The translations under genes and the position numbers were made by a program. Source: Microcoleus sp. (GTDB lineage: Bacteria > Cyanobacteriota > Cyanobacteriia > Cyanobacteriales > Microcoleaceae). From it: DNA of 64,000 nucleotides. The stretch is taken from the NCBI GenBank assembly GCA_042408215.1, contig JAYFMW010000020.1:480001-544000 (forward strand). The letters run 5' to 3'. This document shows positions 31,010 to 41,166 of this stretch, in pieces. Numbering within the stretch: position 1 is the first letter of the stretch; each line of letters begins with the position of its first letter. Under the pieces are notes generated by a model, which was not told where the DNA came from, searched no databases, and saw only the letters and a program-made list of their open reading frames with translations.

Positions 31010-32965
31010 ATGACTATTTTTACTCTGCGATCGATCAAAAAAGACTTCGGCATCAAAGAACTCTTGACAGATGCCAGTTTCAGCCTCGATGAAGGCGATA
31101 AAGTCGGACTCATCGGCACCAACGGTTCCGGGAAATCAACGCTGCTGAAGATGATTGCGGGCTTGGAATCCATCGACTCTGGCGATCGCTGGGTCAATCC
31201 CGGCGCTACAATTGTCTACCTCCCCCAACAGCCCGATTTGGACGAAAATCACACGGTTTTAGAGCAAGTATTTGCCGACAGTGGCGAACAAATGGCTTTG
31301 GTGCGCGAATACGAGGAAATTTCCGATCAATTGTCCCACGGCAAAGGCGACACAGACAAGTTGATGGCGCGACTGTCTGCGGTGTCTGAACGCATTGATG
31401 AGGTGGATGCGTGGGATTTGGAAACTAAGGCAAAATTGATTTTGACTAAGTTGGGAATTGAGGATTTTGATGCCAAAATTGGGGATTTGTCCGGCGGCTA
31501 CCGCAAGCGAATTGCCTTAGCAACGGCTTTACTTTCGGAACCAGATGTGTTGTTGATGGATGAACCGACTAACCACTTGGATGCGCTGTCGGTGGAGTGG
31601 TTGCAGAATTATTTGAACGGCTACCGGGGTGCTTTGCTGCTGATTACGCACGATCGCTATTTTCTCGATCGCGTCACCAATCGCATTCTAGAGATCGATC
31701 GCGGCGACCTTTACAATTATGCGGGCAATTACGCTTATTACTTGGAGAAAAAAGCCTTAGCTGAAGACTCAGCCACCAGCACTCAGCGCAAACACGCGGG
31801 AGTATTGCGGCGTGAGTTGGAATGGCTCAAAAAGGGGCCTAAAGCGCGCAGTACGAAGCAAAAGGCTCGGATCGATCGAATTAAAGATATGCGCGCAGAG
31901 GAGTTCAAAACAGCCAATGGCAAAGTCGAGATTGCTACAGCGGGGCGCCGGATTGGTAAGAAAGTTATTGAGTTAGTCAATATCTGTAAAGCTTATGGCG
32001 ATCGCACTTTAATTAAAGATTTTACCTACAATTTCACTCCCGAAGACCGGATTGGGATTATTGGCTGTAACGGCGCGGGAAAATCGACGCTGATGGACAT
32101 TATTACTGGACGAATTAAGCCGGATTCGGGGACTGTAGAAATTGGGACAACGATTCACATCGGTTATTTCGACCAACACTCGGAGGATTTGACACCAAAC
32201 GAAGACCAGCGTGTCATTGAATACCTCAAAAGTGTTGGGGAATTGGTGAAAACGGCCGATGGAGAAATCATTACGGCTTCTCAAATGTTGGAGAAGTTTC
32301 TGTTTCCGCCGATTCAACAATATGCACCGATTAGCAAACTTTCGGGCGGGGAAAAGCGCCGATTGTTTCTGTTGAAGGTGTTGATGAGTGCGCCGAACTT
32401 GCTGATTTTGGATGAACCGACAAACGATTTGGATGTCCAGACTTTGGCGGTGTTGGAGGATTATCTGGAAGACTTCAACGGCTGTGTAATTGTAGTATCT
32501 CACGATCGCTATTTTCTCGATCGCACAATAGACATGGTTTTCTCCTTAGAGCCTGGGGGGAATTTGCGTTTGTATCCCGGTAATTATTCGGTGTATTTGG
32601 ATCGCAAAAAAGCGGAAGAAGCGAAGGAACTTAAAGCACAAAAAAATCCTAGCAAAACACCACAATCTGCTGCTAACCCCCCCAACCAGGGCGGGCACGG
32701 GGGCACCGCCCCTACAAGGGGAGAAAGTCAGGAATCGGAGAAGCCGCGCAAACTTACATTTAATGAAAAACGGGAATACGAGAAGTTAGAAGTTAAAATT
32801 CCGCAGATGGAAGCTGAGAAAGCAGAGATTGAGCAGATTTTGTCTCTCAATTCTCCGAGTGGTTTTGGTGAGGTGAAAAAGTTATCTGAACGTTTGGGAC
32901 AATTGAATCAAGAGATCGATCGGGCGACCGAGCTCTGGTTGGAATTGGCGGAACGGGTGAGTTAA
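31010..32965 (+). CDS. ABC-F family ATPase (Uup-like)
   Basis: Two ABC domains (GSGKST/LSGG/DEPTNHLD; GAGKST/LSGGEK/DEPTNDLD), no TM segments, Uup-like C-terminal coiled coil. Confidence 0.92.
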   Translation: MTIFTLRSIKKDFGIKELLTDASFSLDEGDKVGLIGTNGSGKSTLLKMIAGLESIDSGDRWVNPGATIVYLPQQPDLDENHTVLEQVFADSGEQMALVREYEEISDQLSHGKGDTDKLMARLSAVSERIDEVDAWDLETKAKLILTKLGIEDFDAKIGDLSGGYRKRIALATALLSEPDVLLMDEPTNHLDALSVEWLQNYLNGYRGALLLITHDRYFLDRVTNRILEIDRGDLYNYAGNYAYYLEKKALAEDSATSTQRKHAGVLRRELEWLKKGPKARSTKQKARIDRIKDMRAEEFKTANGKVEIATAGRRIGKKVIELVNICKAYGDRTLIKDFTYNFTPEDRIGIIGCNGAGKSTLMDIITGRIKPDSGTVEIGTTIHIGYFDQHSEDLTPNEDQRVIEYLKSVGELVKTADGEIITASQMLEKFLFPPIQQYAPISKLSGGEKRRLFLLKVLMSAPNLLILDEPTNDLDVQTLAVLEDYLEDFNGCVIVVSHDRYFLDRTIDMVFSLEPGGNLRLYPGNYSVYLDRKKAEEAKELKAQKNPSKTPQSAANPPNQGGHGGTAPTRGESQESEKPRKLTFNEKREYEKLEVKIPQMEAEKAEIEQILSLNSPSGFGEVKKLSERLGQLNQEIDRATELWLELAERVS

Positions 32966-33011
32966 TCCGATTTGAGTTTTTTAATTGGGGAGTTTAGATT
33001 GGGAATAGCTC

Positions 33012-34130
33012 ATGTTGAAACGGATATACATTGACAATTTTCGCTGTCTGGTTAATTTTGAAATTGACCTTGATGCAATTAATTTATTTCTGGGTACTAA
33101 CGGTTCGGGAAAATCAACTGTTTTTGAAGTATTGCAGAAAATCCAAGCATTGGTCAGCGGCGACAGTAAGGTAGAAGGAATTTTCAAACCAGCGGACTGC
33201 ACCCGCTGGCAAATCTCACAAATTCAGCGTTTCGAGCTAGAAATTCTCGGTAATGGCGGCTGCTACACATATCAATTACAAATCGATGACAATCGAGATA
33301 AATGTCGTGTTAGGTACGAGAGTCTGCTCTTTGATAACCGGCTTTTACTACAATTTGAATTCGGCGAAGTTCAACTCTATCGAGATGATTATTCACCAGG
33401 CCCGAAATACCAGTTTGACTGGTCGCAATCTATTCTGCCTTCATTAATGCCAAGAAACGACAACACGAAGTTAACTTGGTTTAGAGAACGGATGGCGCGA
33501 TTTATCATCGTGCAAGTTGTTCCCAGCTTGATGGTTGATGAAAGTAGCCAAGAACAAATGCGTTTGACTCCTAAGATGGAAAATTTTGTTTCTTGGTATC
33601 GCTACTTATCTGAAGATCAAGGTAAAGTTGCTGAAATTGGCAATATTTTAAAAGATGTTTTGAATGGATTCAACAATTTTAAGTTTGAGCGAGTAAGCGA
33701 AGATAATTTGGTGTTAAAACTGCGGTTTTCAGGAGAAAAAGATAACAGCAAGCCAATTGAATATCGTCTCAGAGAATTGTCGGACGGACAAAAAACATTA
33801 GTGGCTTTATACGCGCTGATTCACGGTACAAAATCTGAAGACTATACTGTGTGGATTGATGAACCAGAAAACTTTTTAGCATTGCCAGAAATTCAACCCT
33901 GGCTGATTGAGATTTATGACCTTTGTAGTGATGGTACACTTCAAGCTTTACTAATTTCTCACCATCCTGAGTTAATCAACTATCTTTTAGTTTCACCAAT
34001 TGGCTATTGGTTTGAACGTCAAAGTAATGCTGCGGTTAGAGTCAAAAAAATTAGCAGTGAAGTGGCTGACAATTCTGGATTGCCAGTTTCTGAACTGATT
34101 GCACGGGGATGGTTGAATGAGTCAGCGTAG
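33012..34130 (+). CDS. AAA_21/AbiEii-type ABC-like ATPase
   Basis: IDNFRCL, GTNGSGKST, LSDGQK, IDEPENFL, ISHHP. Confidence 0.85.
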   Translation: MLKRIYIDNFRCLVNFEIDLDAINLFLGTNGSGKSTVFEVLQKIQALVSGDSKVEGIFKPADCTRWQISQIQRFELEILGNGGCYTYQLQIDDNRDKCRVRYESLLFDNRLLLQFEFGEVQLYRDDYSPGPKYQFDWSQSILPSLMPRNDNTKLTWFRERMARFIIVQVVPSLMVDESSQEQMRLTPKMENFVSWYRYLSEDQGKVAEIGNILKDVLNGFNNFKFERVSEDNLVLKLRFSGEKDNSKPIEYRLRELSDGQKTLVALYALIHGTKSEDYTVWIDEPENFLALPEIQPWLIEIYDLCSDGTLQALLISHHPELINYLLVSPIGYWFERQSNAAVRVKKISSEVADNSGLPVSELIARGWLNESA

Positions 34131-34671
34131 AGTTCAGATTGTCATTCTCTGCGAGGATAGACAGCAGGAAGTTTTTGCCCGTCATTTCCTGAACAAGCGA
34201 GGTTTCACAGGTCTATTTCGGACTAAAATTAGTCCGCCAGGTAGCCAATCTGGAGAACAGTATGTACGCACTGAGTATCCGAAGGAAGTGAAAGCTTATC
34301 GCCAGAATAGAAACCGGGTATCGATCGCATTAGTGGTGTTAATTGATGCAGATAGGGGTACGCTGCAAGACAGACTAAATCAGTTAGCTAGTATACTTGA
34401 TGAAGATGCTCAGGAAAAGAGGCGATCGGATGAGGCGATCGCAATATTCGTTCCCAAGCGCAATATTGAGACTTGGATACACTACTTGCAGGGAGAAACT
34501 GTGAATGAGGAGGATGCTTATGCAAAATATGAGAAAAATGAGGCTGTTTGCAAGACCTATGTTGAGAATTTAGCCGATCGATGTTATGCTCATGACTTAC
34601 CAGAAGATGCACCGCGATCGCTTCAAGCAGCTTGTGGCGAATTACAGCGGCTATTACCACTTTTGCAGTAA
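34117..34671 (+). CDS. Hypothetical partner of the AAA ATPase (TOPRIM/DUF4276-like)
   Basis: Overlaps the ATPase stop; ILCED, LIDAD and RNIETW acidic motifs. Confidence 0.65.
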   Translation: MSQRRVQIVILCEDRQQEVFARHFLNKRGFTGLFRTKISPPGSQSGEQYVRTEYPKEVKAYRQNRNRVSIALVVLIDADRGTLQDRLNQLASILDEDAQEKRRSDEAIAIFVPKRNIETWIHYLQGETVNEEDAYAKYEKNEAVCKTYVENLADRCYAHDLPEDAPRSLQAACGELQRLLPLLQ

Positions 34672-34758
34672 TTAGTTAATAACTGAGAAACGATATTAGA
34701 CCTATATTTGCTTCCTTGACAAGCACCTGGATTTATCAGTGGGGTCGATTCTTCAATT

Positions 34759-34857
34759 CTAAAATCTAAAATCTAAAATCTAAAATCTAAAATCTAAAAT
34801 CTAAAATCTAAAATCTAAAATCTAAAATCTAAAATCTAAAATCTAAAATCTAAAATC
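34759..34857. repeat. Heptamer tandem repeat (CTAAAAT)n
   Basis: Directly visible; overlaps the stop codon of the methyltransferase. Confidence 0.95.
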
Positions 34858-35470
34858 GATTGACTGCTGTTGCTGTCATCATCCCCCAAAACCAATCGAT
34901 TTTGTATCGTTCGATCGCAATTTCTTGTAATCCCTCGTCTCGCATCATCGCTTGACATTCAGCGACTCCATAGGTGCCCAAATGAGCGCGGTTGAAACAC
35001 CGCAGGAAAAAGTCACAAATTTTGCAAGTTAAATAATCATAACACCAATCTGTAATCACTAGACGACCATTAGGTTTGAGAACTCGTTTTGCTTCTTGGA
35101 GTGCTTGGGATGGATCTCGAAAGAAATGAAATGCGCTGGTTGACACTACTATATCAAAATAGTTGCTGGGAAATGGTAGGTTGTCAGCACTACCTAGTTT
35201 TAAATCCACAGACTCAGGTAGTTTCTGTTTGGCAATTTCGAGCATTTCAGCACTAGCATCAATTCCGACAACTTCTGATTCTGAGGCTACCTGTAACAGA
35301 CGCTGGATTAAAACCCCGGTTCCACAACCAAGGTCTAAAATACGCTCTCCTGGGTTAATTTCTAGACGGTTGAGTGTTTCCTCAACAGTTGCATTTACAT
35401 AAAATGACCAGCGACTATCATATTGCTGTGCGAGGCGAGAATACTCTCTTTGAACAGGGTCTGAGTACAT
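34850..35470 (-). CDS. Class I SAM-dependent methyltransferase
   Basis: ILDLGCGTG, GIDAS, RVLKPNG. Confidence 0.9.
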   Translation of the reverse strand: MYSDPVQREYSRLAQQYDSRWSFYVNATVEETLNRLEINPGERILDLGCGTGVLIQRLLQVASESEVVGIDASAEMLEIAKQKLPESVDLKLGSADNLPFPSNYFDIVVSTSAFHFFRDPSQALQEAKRVLKPNGRLVITDWCYDYLTCKICDFFLRCFNRAHLGTYGVAECQAMMRDEGLQEIAIERYKIDWFWGMMTATAVNRF

Positions 35471-35632
35471 AATTTTTAATGTCGATCGCTACAACAACAA
35501 CCTGATTAATTTAGGACTTAAGCTCAACTCTATTTGTAGGGTGTGTACTGGGGACCTTACCACTACCAATTGCGATCGCACATCCCATCCTACCTCGCTC
35601 TACTCTGAAAATGATCTCATAATTAACTAACC

Positions 35633-36235
35633 TTACTTTCCTTTTACCTTCGCCGCCCTAGACTCCACTGTAAATGGTGGAATGTCTTGCAATTCTGTTT
35701 CGCTTAAACTATACTGTTCGCAAACTAAACTGAGGCGAGTTCCAGCACTTTTAACAGCATTGACAGAATGAGTCAAGTCTCCTTGAAAATACACTAGCGC
35801 GTTCATTTCTGGCTTAATTTGCCCGACTTGTTTTTTGTGACAACACAACACCAACTCTCCGCCTTCGAGATTGGCCGGTACCTGGACGTACAAAACGCTG
35901 ACTGTCGCCGGCGGTTCCACTGTTTTGCAGTACGATCGCAAAGAGCGATCGATATGCGGATCGACGCGGGAACCTTCTTTCAGTAGCAGAGGGTTGAGGT
36001 AAAAAGCATTGCAAGCTGGCTGTAGCGCTTGGTCTAGATAGGGTTTGAAGTATGGGAAACGCTGTTCTACTTGGGCGATTTCGGAACGTTGAAATACGAC
36101 GGAAAAGCCTTTTGTACCGATGAAGTCGCGGTTGAGGTTGTTGATTGCCAAATAAGGGGATGCTAGAATTGCTCCTCGCAAATCGTTGAGGTAAGTAATC
36201 GAGAAAGTGTTAGAATGTTTGCTATAGTATTTCAA
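35633..36235 (-). CDS. 2OG-Fe(II) oxygenase family protein
   Basis: HxD (PHID), GGEL, HSVNAV...RLSLV. Confidence 0.8.
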   Translation of the reverse strand: MKYYSKHSNTFSITYLNDLRGAILASPYLAINNLNRDFIGTKGFSVVFQRSEIAQVEQRFPYFKPYLDQALQPACNAFYLNPLLLKEGSRVDPHIDRSLRSYCKTVEPPATVSVLYVQVPANLEGGELVLCCHKKQVGQIKPEMNALVYFQGDLTHSVNAVKSAGTRLSLVCEQYSLSETELQDIPPFTVESRAAKVKGK

Positions 36236-36433
36236 GGTGTTCCAGGGGACTCAATAAATGTGCGATCGATCAATATCCAGAATACATCACGGCATCAATA
36301 TTTAGTTGAAGGGCGATCGCCTTTGCCAATTCCTCACACATGGCTGTCGATAGCAGTTGACACAATAAGAAATTTCATGATATATAAAGTCTAGCTTTAA
36401 TTCCTCACATTACAATCTGAGCAAATATACCAG

Positions 36434-37582
36434 ATGAAAAGAAATCCACTAGCAGTCATGCTGCTATCCTTGTTGGGATTAGCCTTAACTTTTATAATTT
36501 CCAATTATTCTCACGTCGCAGCTCAAGAGACTCCCAGAAATTCCCTTGTTACTCAACAACAAAAAACGACAACAGCAACTGTTGCTCCAATAGCAAAACT
36601 CCCAGAAGCAAAACCCTCCCTCAAAACTCTTCCCAACCCTGACAAGCCAACAGAAGTTGCTGTCGGTTTCTACCTTACCAACCTCGGTCGCATTAATCAA
36701 TCAGATGAGACTGTTGATGTCAGCGGTTATTTGTCTGCAAATTGGCAAGACAAGCGTCTAGTATTTAACCCGAAAGCAGTTGGCGATACGGAAATTCGCT
36801 ACAGTCCCGAAAAAATATGGGAACCAGCTTTAACGATTGTCAATTCTCAATCAGCCGCGAAAAAAGGCGCGGTGGAATTAACTGCTCAGCCCGACGGCAA
36901 AGTCAATTATTTAGAACTCATTAACGCTACTGTATCTTCTGACTTAGATTTGAAAAAGTTTCCCTTTGATTCGCAAAAAGCTCAGATTGTTTTGGAATCT
37001 TTGTCTTCTGATGACAGACGTATAGTTTTGCAAAACGATCCAAACCTGACTGGATACAGCAAAGATTCTTTTGTTTCTTTATCCGAATGGCAAATTCTTG
37101 GGATTAACACTATAGTCACTCCCAACAAATTTGCACCAGAAGGTAAAACCTATTCGCGATACACTTTTGAATTAAAACTCAAACGCAATTGCCAATTTTA
37201 CATCTTTAAAGTCTTTATTCCCCTGCTGCTAATTACACTGCTTTCTTGGGCGACTTTTTGGATGGATTCCAACGCAGCTTTTTCCACTCAAATGAGTGTA
37301 GGGATGACCAGCACCCTCACGGCAATCACTTTTAACTTTACTGTTGCTAATGCTTTGCCGAGATTATCTTACTTAACTCTGCTGGACGCATACATATTTA
37401 TCTGTTATATCTTTTTCTTTTTGTCGATTATGGCGAATGTCACCGTACATTTCTTGCTAAAAAAGTACGAAAATCCCGATTTTATCCATCGTATGACGCG
37501 CAGATTTCGCTGGATTTTCCCCTTAGCTTTTGTGGTCTTTCAAGGGATAGTAATGACCGTATTTTTGGTGTCATCCAACTGA
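36434..37582 (+). CDS. Prokaryotic pentameric ligand-gated ion channel (GLIC/ELIC-like)
   Basis: Signal peptide, WQDKRL, IWEP, Pro-loop FPFDSQ, four TM helices with LPRLSYLTLLD. Confidence 0.9.
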   Translation: MKRNPLAVMLLSLLGLALTFIISNYSHVAAQETPRNSLVTQQQKTTTATVAPIAKLPEAKPSLKTLPNPDKPTEVAVGFYLTNLGRINQSDETVDVSGYLSANWQDKRLVFNPKAVGDTEIRYSPEKIWEPALTIVNSQSAAKKGAVELTAQPDGKVNYLELINATVSSDLDLKKFPFDSQKAQIVLESLSSDDRRIVLQNDPNLTGYSKDSFVSLSEWQILGINTIVTPNKFAPEGKTYSRYTFELKLKRNCQFYIFKVFIPLLLITLLSWATFWMDSNAAFSTQMSVGMTSTLTAITFNFTVANALPRLSYLTLLDAYIFICYIFFFLSIMANVTVHFLLKKYENPDFIHRMTRRFRWIFPLAFVVFQGIVMTVFLVSSN

Positions 37583-38294
37583 AATGGGAAATATTTCAAG
37601 AGGAATTCCCCATGTGTGTTGAGCAAGTGAGTTTTTCCCCAACATATTTTGATTTTTTACGAAAGTTTCGATCGCCTCTTTAGATAAGTAAAATTTATAT
37701 ATACGCCTAAAATATTTTTGATATTTAATGTTACGAGTTGTGTTGTAAAAAATTGTAAAAAAATTATTAGGAAAGATTCTTATTTAATTAACGATTTTGC
37801 GACTTTTCAGAATATATTACTACATCGTGATGAAGCTATGGTACAATTGAAATTCTATAATTTGGCGTAAGTTATAACTACTCAACAAGCAGACTCTTCA
37901 AAGTTAAAAGTCTGAAACTCTTTTGAATAGTGGAATACCAGCGCTAAGCTAGGGTAGAGAGAAAAAATTTTGCTAGATCCGAAAGTAAAGAAAAGTAAAG
38001 AAAAATTTGTTTTTGTATCAAAAGTCGGTCAGAGCGCCGTGAAAGGGCTTGACCGATCGGCAAAAATGTGGTATGGAATAAGATAAAATTAAGATGGGTA
38101 GCAGAAATTAAGCAGCCAAAATCTCGAAAAAGTCGATCGGACAAAGAAGTTTGCCAAAGCATAAAAATTTGGCGCTCGCTGAGGTACAATTCACCTGTTC
38201 AGGGGAAAGAATTGGTAAGTTAAAAAATCCACCTGTAGAAGTCAGAAGCTAAGAGTCTCAGGGTTTTAGACCGATCGCGAATTAGAAAAAAACT

Positions 38295-39644
38295 ATGTCT
38301 CAGAATATCACCACAAAACAGATGGCTTTGGAATCAGGCCAAGACCCGATCGCCGTAGTGGCGACAGTCGAAACAATGCCAGCCGAAGCAGTGGCGGTAG
38401 AGTCCTACGCCGATCGGTTGATGGATGAACTGTTTGAAGGGGTCGATCGATCGTTTGAGAAAAGTGGCGGACTGCCCACAGAACCGGTGCAGCCAAAAAC
38501 GATCGCACTCAAGTCGATCTCGGTACCTCCAATAGTCCTGTCGCAGTTGGCGCAGCCACAGCAGCCAGCCGAAAAAGACATAAAAGCGATCGCCCGCCAA
38601 GTCGCCCTAGAAACAACCCAAAAACAACAGTCCAAACAATCCTTCGACAAAATCCTACTCGGAGCAGCATTTGGTTCCCTAATGCTAGTCCTGGGATTGT
38701 GGCTGGCCAGCAGGTCAGGACTAGTCCGCTTACCTACAGCCACACCAGTCGCCTCTACGCCGGCAGAGGCTGGGAAAACAGCACCAGATACCCAGTTTGT
38801 CGAATACGTGCAACGATCGCTAGAAGCGATCGAACAAAAAAAAGCACCGCAGGCAAACCCACAACTACCAGTAGTTCCCGGAGTCGCCCCCCCAGGAACA
38901 CTGCCGAGCATTCAAATTTCCGGGTCGCCACCTGTAACGGCTGGTCTCTCGACAGCAGTCAACCGCATCGCCGACGCCCTAGAACAAGTCGCCGCGCAGC
39001 CGGGAACACCTGCACTCCCAGCCCAAGTGGTAATCATCCCGCCCGCTCCAGTTCCAGCTCCAGCTCCTGTTTTAGTTCCAGTTCCCATTCCAGCTCCAGC
39101 TCCAGCTCCAGTTCTAGTTCCAATTCCAGCTCCGGCTGCTGTGGCGCCTCAAACCGCTACAGTTTCGCCCCCGCCCGCAGCCCCCGCCTCTGGTCGAGCC
39201 ATCGCCTCTGCCGGAAGGGCAACTCAAACTCCCGTCGCCACTTCCCCTTCTCCTTCCTCTTCTCCCTCGGAGTCTCCCCAGCCAAAGATTTTGGCTCGCG
39301 AAACCGAACCGGCAGCCCCAGCGCCCGCAGCAGCCCCAGCGCCCGCAGCAGCCCCAGCGCCCGCAGCAGCCCCAGCGCCCGCAGCTCAGCCAGCAGCACC
39401 GCAGACACAACCAGCACCGCCCGTCAGCAGCAGCGCCCAGACTTCTGCACACACGCTCGTCGGGGTTTTGGAGTTGGGCGATCGATCGGCTGCTTTATTT
39501 GAAGTAGACGGTGTAGCCCGCAGAATTTATGTTGGCGAAAGCATCGGCGCTAGTGGTTGGACGCTGGCCGAAATCAAAAATCAAGAAGCAGTTATTCGTA
39601 AGGGGGGAGATGTGCGATCGGTTTTTGTCGGGCAGAAATTTTAA
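38295..39644 (+). CDS. Pro/Ala-rich single-TM protein with C-terminal T2SS GspC/PilP-like domain
   Basis: YADRLMDELF, one TM, long PAPA linker, HTLVGVLELGDRSAALF...GESIGASGWTL. Confidence 0.65.
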   Translation: MSQNITTKQMALESGQDPIAVVATVETMPAEAVAVESYADRLMDELFEGVDRSFEKSGGLPTEPVQPKTIALKSISVPPIVLSQLAQPQQPAEKDIKAIARQVALETTQKQQSKQSFDKILLGAAFGSLMLVLGLWLASRSGLVRLPTATPVASTPAEAGKTAPDTQFVEYVQRSLEAIEQKKAPQANPQLPVVPGVAPPGTLPSIQISGSPPVTAGLSTAVNRIADALEQVAAQPGTPALPAQVVIIPPAPVPAPAPVLVPVPIPAPAPAPVLVPIPAPAAVAPQTATVSPPPAAPASGRAIASAGRATQTPVATSPSPSSSPSESPQPKILARETEPAAPAPAAAPAPAAAPAPAAAPAPAAQPAAPQTQPAPPVSSSAQTSAHTLVGVLELGDRSAALFEVDGVARRIYVGESIGASGWTLAEIKNQEAVIRKGGDVRSVFVGQKF

Positions 39645-39751
39645 TTAGTTAGTTAACTGTTAATTGTTAACTGTTAATTGTTAACTGTTAACTAATAAAT
39701 TAATCCCTGGGAATCTCAACTGCAAAAACTAACAACAAATAACAAATAACC

Positions 39752-40203
39752 AATGATATCAATTCGGGTTGCATCGGAATGTTTTAACCGCAGAGAACGC
39801 AGAGAACACAGAGGGAGATCGGAGAGAGATGACTAATTCCGATGAAGAGCGGATTTTATCTAACCCATAACCAATAACCAATAACCAATGATATCAATTC
39901 GGGTTGCATCGGAATGTTTTAACCGCAGAGAACGCAGAGAACACAGAGGGAGATCGGAGAGAGATGACTAATTCTGATGAAGAGCGGATTTTATCTAACC
40001 CATTTGCATCGGAATGTTTTAACCGCAGAGAACGCAGAGAACGCAGAGGGAACTCAGAGAGAGATGACTAATTCCGATGAAGAGCGGATTTTATCTAACC
40101 CATTTGCATCGGAATGTTTTAACCGCAGAGAACGCAGAGAACGCAGAGGGAACTCAGAGAGAGATGACTAATTCCGATGAAGAGCGGATTTTATCTAACC
40201 CAT
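39752..40203. repeat. Four tandem copies of a ~100-bp MITE-like unit
   Basis: TTGCATCGGAAT units at 39769, 39904, 40004 and 40104 with an internal inverted ATTCCGATGAA. Confidence 0.9.
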
Positions 40204-40230
40204 AACCCATAATATAGGACTAATAAAAAA

Positions 40231-40818
40231 ATGGGCTTATTTGACGATTTCAGTCGATTGTTAGAAACAAAATTAGAAGAATTCTTGCGAAGTAATCCAC
40301 ATCTGGAATTGCAGGCCATAGAAGAACAACTCAAGGAACAAGAAGAAGACACCCTGCGGCTGATTCTCGAAATCCAAAAACAAGAGAAAACACTGCAAGC
40401 AGAGATTCTGTCAACAGCGCAAGAAATTCAGCGCTGGAACGATCGCATCAACAAAGCCAAAGCAGCTCAAAGGCTCGACCTCGCCCAAGCGGCTCAAGAG
40501 CGACAAGCAGGTTTACTGCGTCAGGGAAATCAGCGCTGGGGTCAAATGCAAGGCTGTAAAGAACGGATTGAAAAAGCTAAAGAACTTTACCGCCAAATTC
40601 AGGCGCGACGAAAGGAAGTCCGAGCAAAAGCAGCCGAAGCAGCAACTCGCACTGCTGCTAAAACAGCTACTAAAACAGAGCAGAGTTGGGATACAAAGGG
40701 TTGGAATCAGAGTTCAAATTATAGCAGTTTTAGTGCAGCAGACCCTCTGGAAGAAAAGTTTAAACACTGGGAAGCTGACGAAGAACTCGATCGCATGAAA
40801 CGCAATCTCAATCGATAA
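40231..40818 (+). CDS. TIGR04376-like PspA/IM30-related coiled-coil protein
   Basis: MGLFDDFSRLLETKLEEFLRSNPHLEL...DPLEEKFKHWEADEELDRMKR. Confidence 0.8.
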   Translation: MGLFDDFSRLLETKLEEFLRSNPHLELQAIEEQLKEQEEDTLRLILEIQKQEKTLQAEILSTAQEIQRWNDRINKAKAAQRLDLAQAAQERQAGLLRQGNQRWGQMQGCKERIEKAKELYRQIQARRKEVRAKAAEAATRTAAKTATKTEQSWDTKGWNQSSNYSSFSAADPLEEKFKHWEADEELDRMKRNLNR

Positions 40819-41130
40819 TTTGTAGTCAATCTCAAATCTCTCTCTCTTCTCTACCTCTGCGCCCTCTGCGCCCTCTGTGGTTCAATCAATCATTCCCATG
40901 AAAAACTCGATCGCATGAAACGCAATCTCAATCGATAATTTGTAGCCAATCTCAAATCTCTCTCTTCTCTACCTCTGCGCCCTCTGCGCCCTCTGCGGTT
41001 CAATCATTCAATCCTATGAAGAACTCGATCGCATGAAACGCAATCTCAATCGATAATTTGTAGCCCATCTCAAATCTCTCTCTTCTCTTCCTCTGCGCCC
41101 TCTGCGCCCTCTGCGGTTAAAAAATCAATC
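40781..41130. repeat. Three tandem ~119-bp units, each containing the 3' end of the upstream gene
   Basis: AA(G/A)AACTCGATCGCATGAAACGCAATCTCAATCGATAA at 40781, 40901 and 41019. Confidence 0.92.
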
Positions 41131-41166
41131 CTAATCAAATAAACTTGTCCCCAATAACTAAAATCC

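Noticed and set aside
38308..39502. Several overlapping alternative-frame ORFs
   Set aside because: Shadows of the GC-rich Pro/Ala-rich gene 38295..39644
39752..41130. Tandem arrays as the CRISPR array for the Csm system
   Set aside because: Units are near-identical along their whole 100-120 bp with no unique spacers
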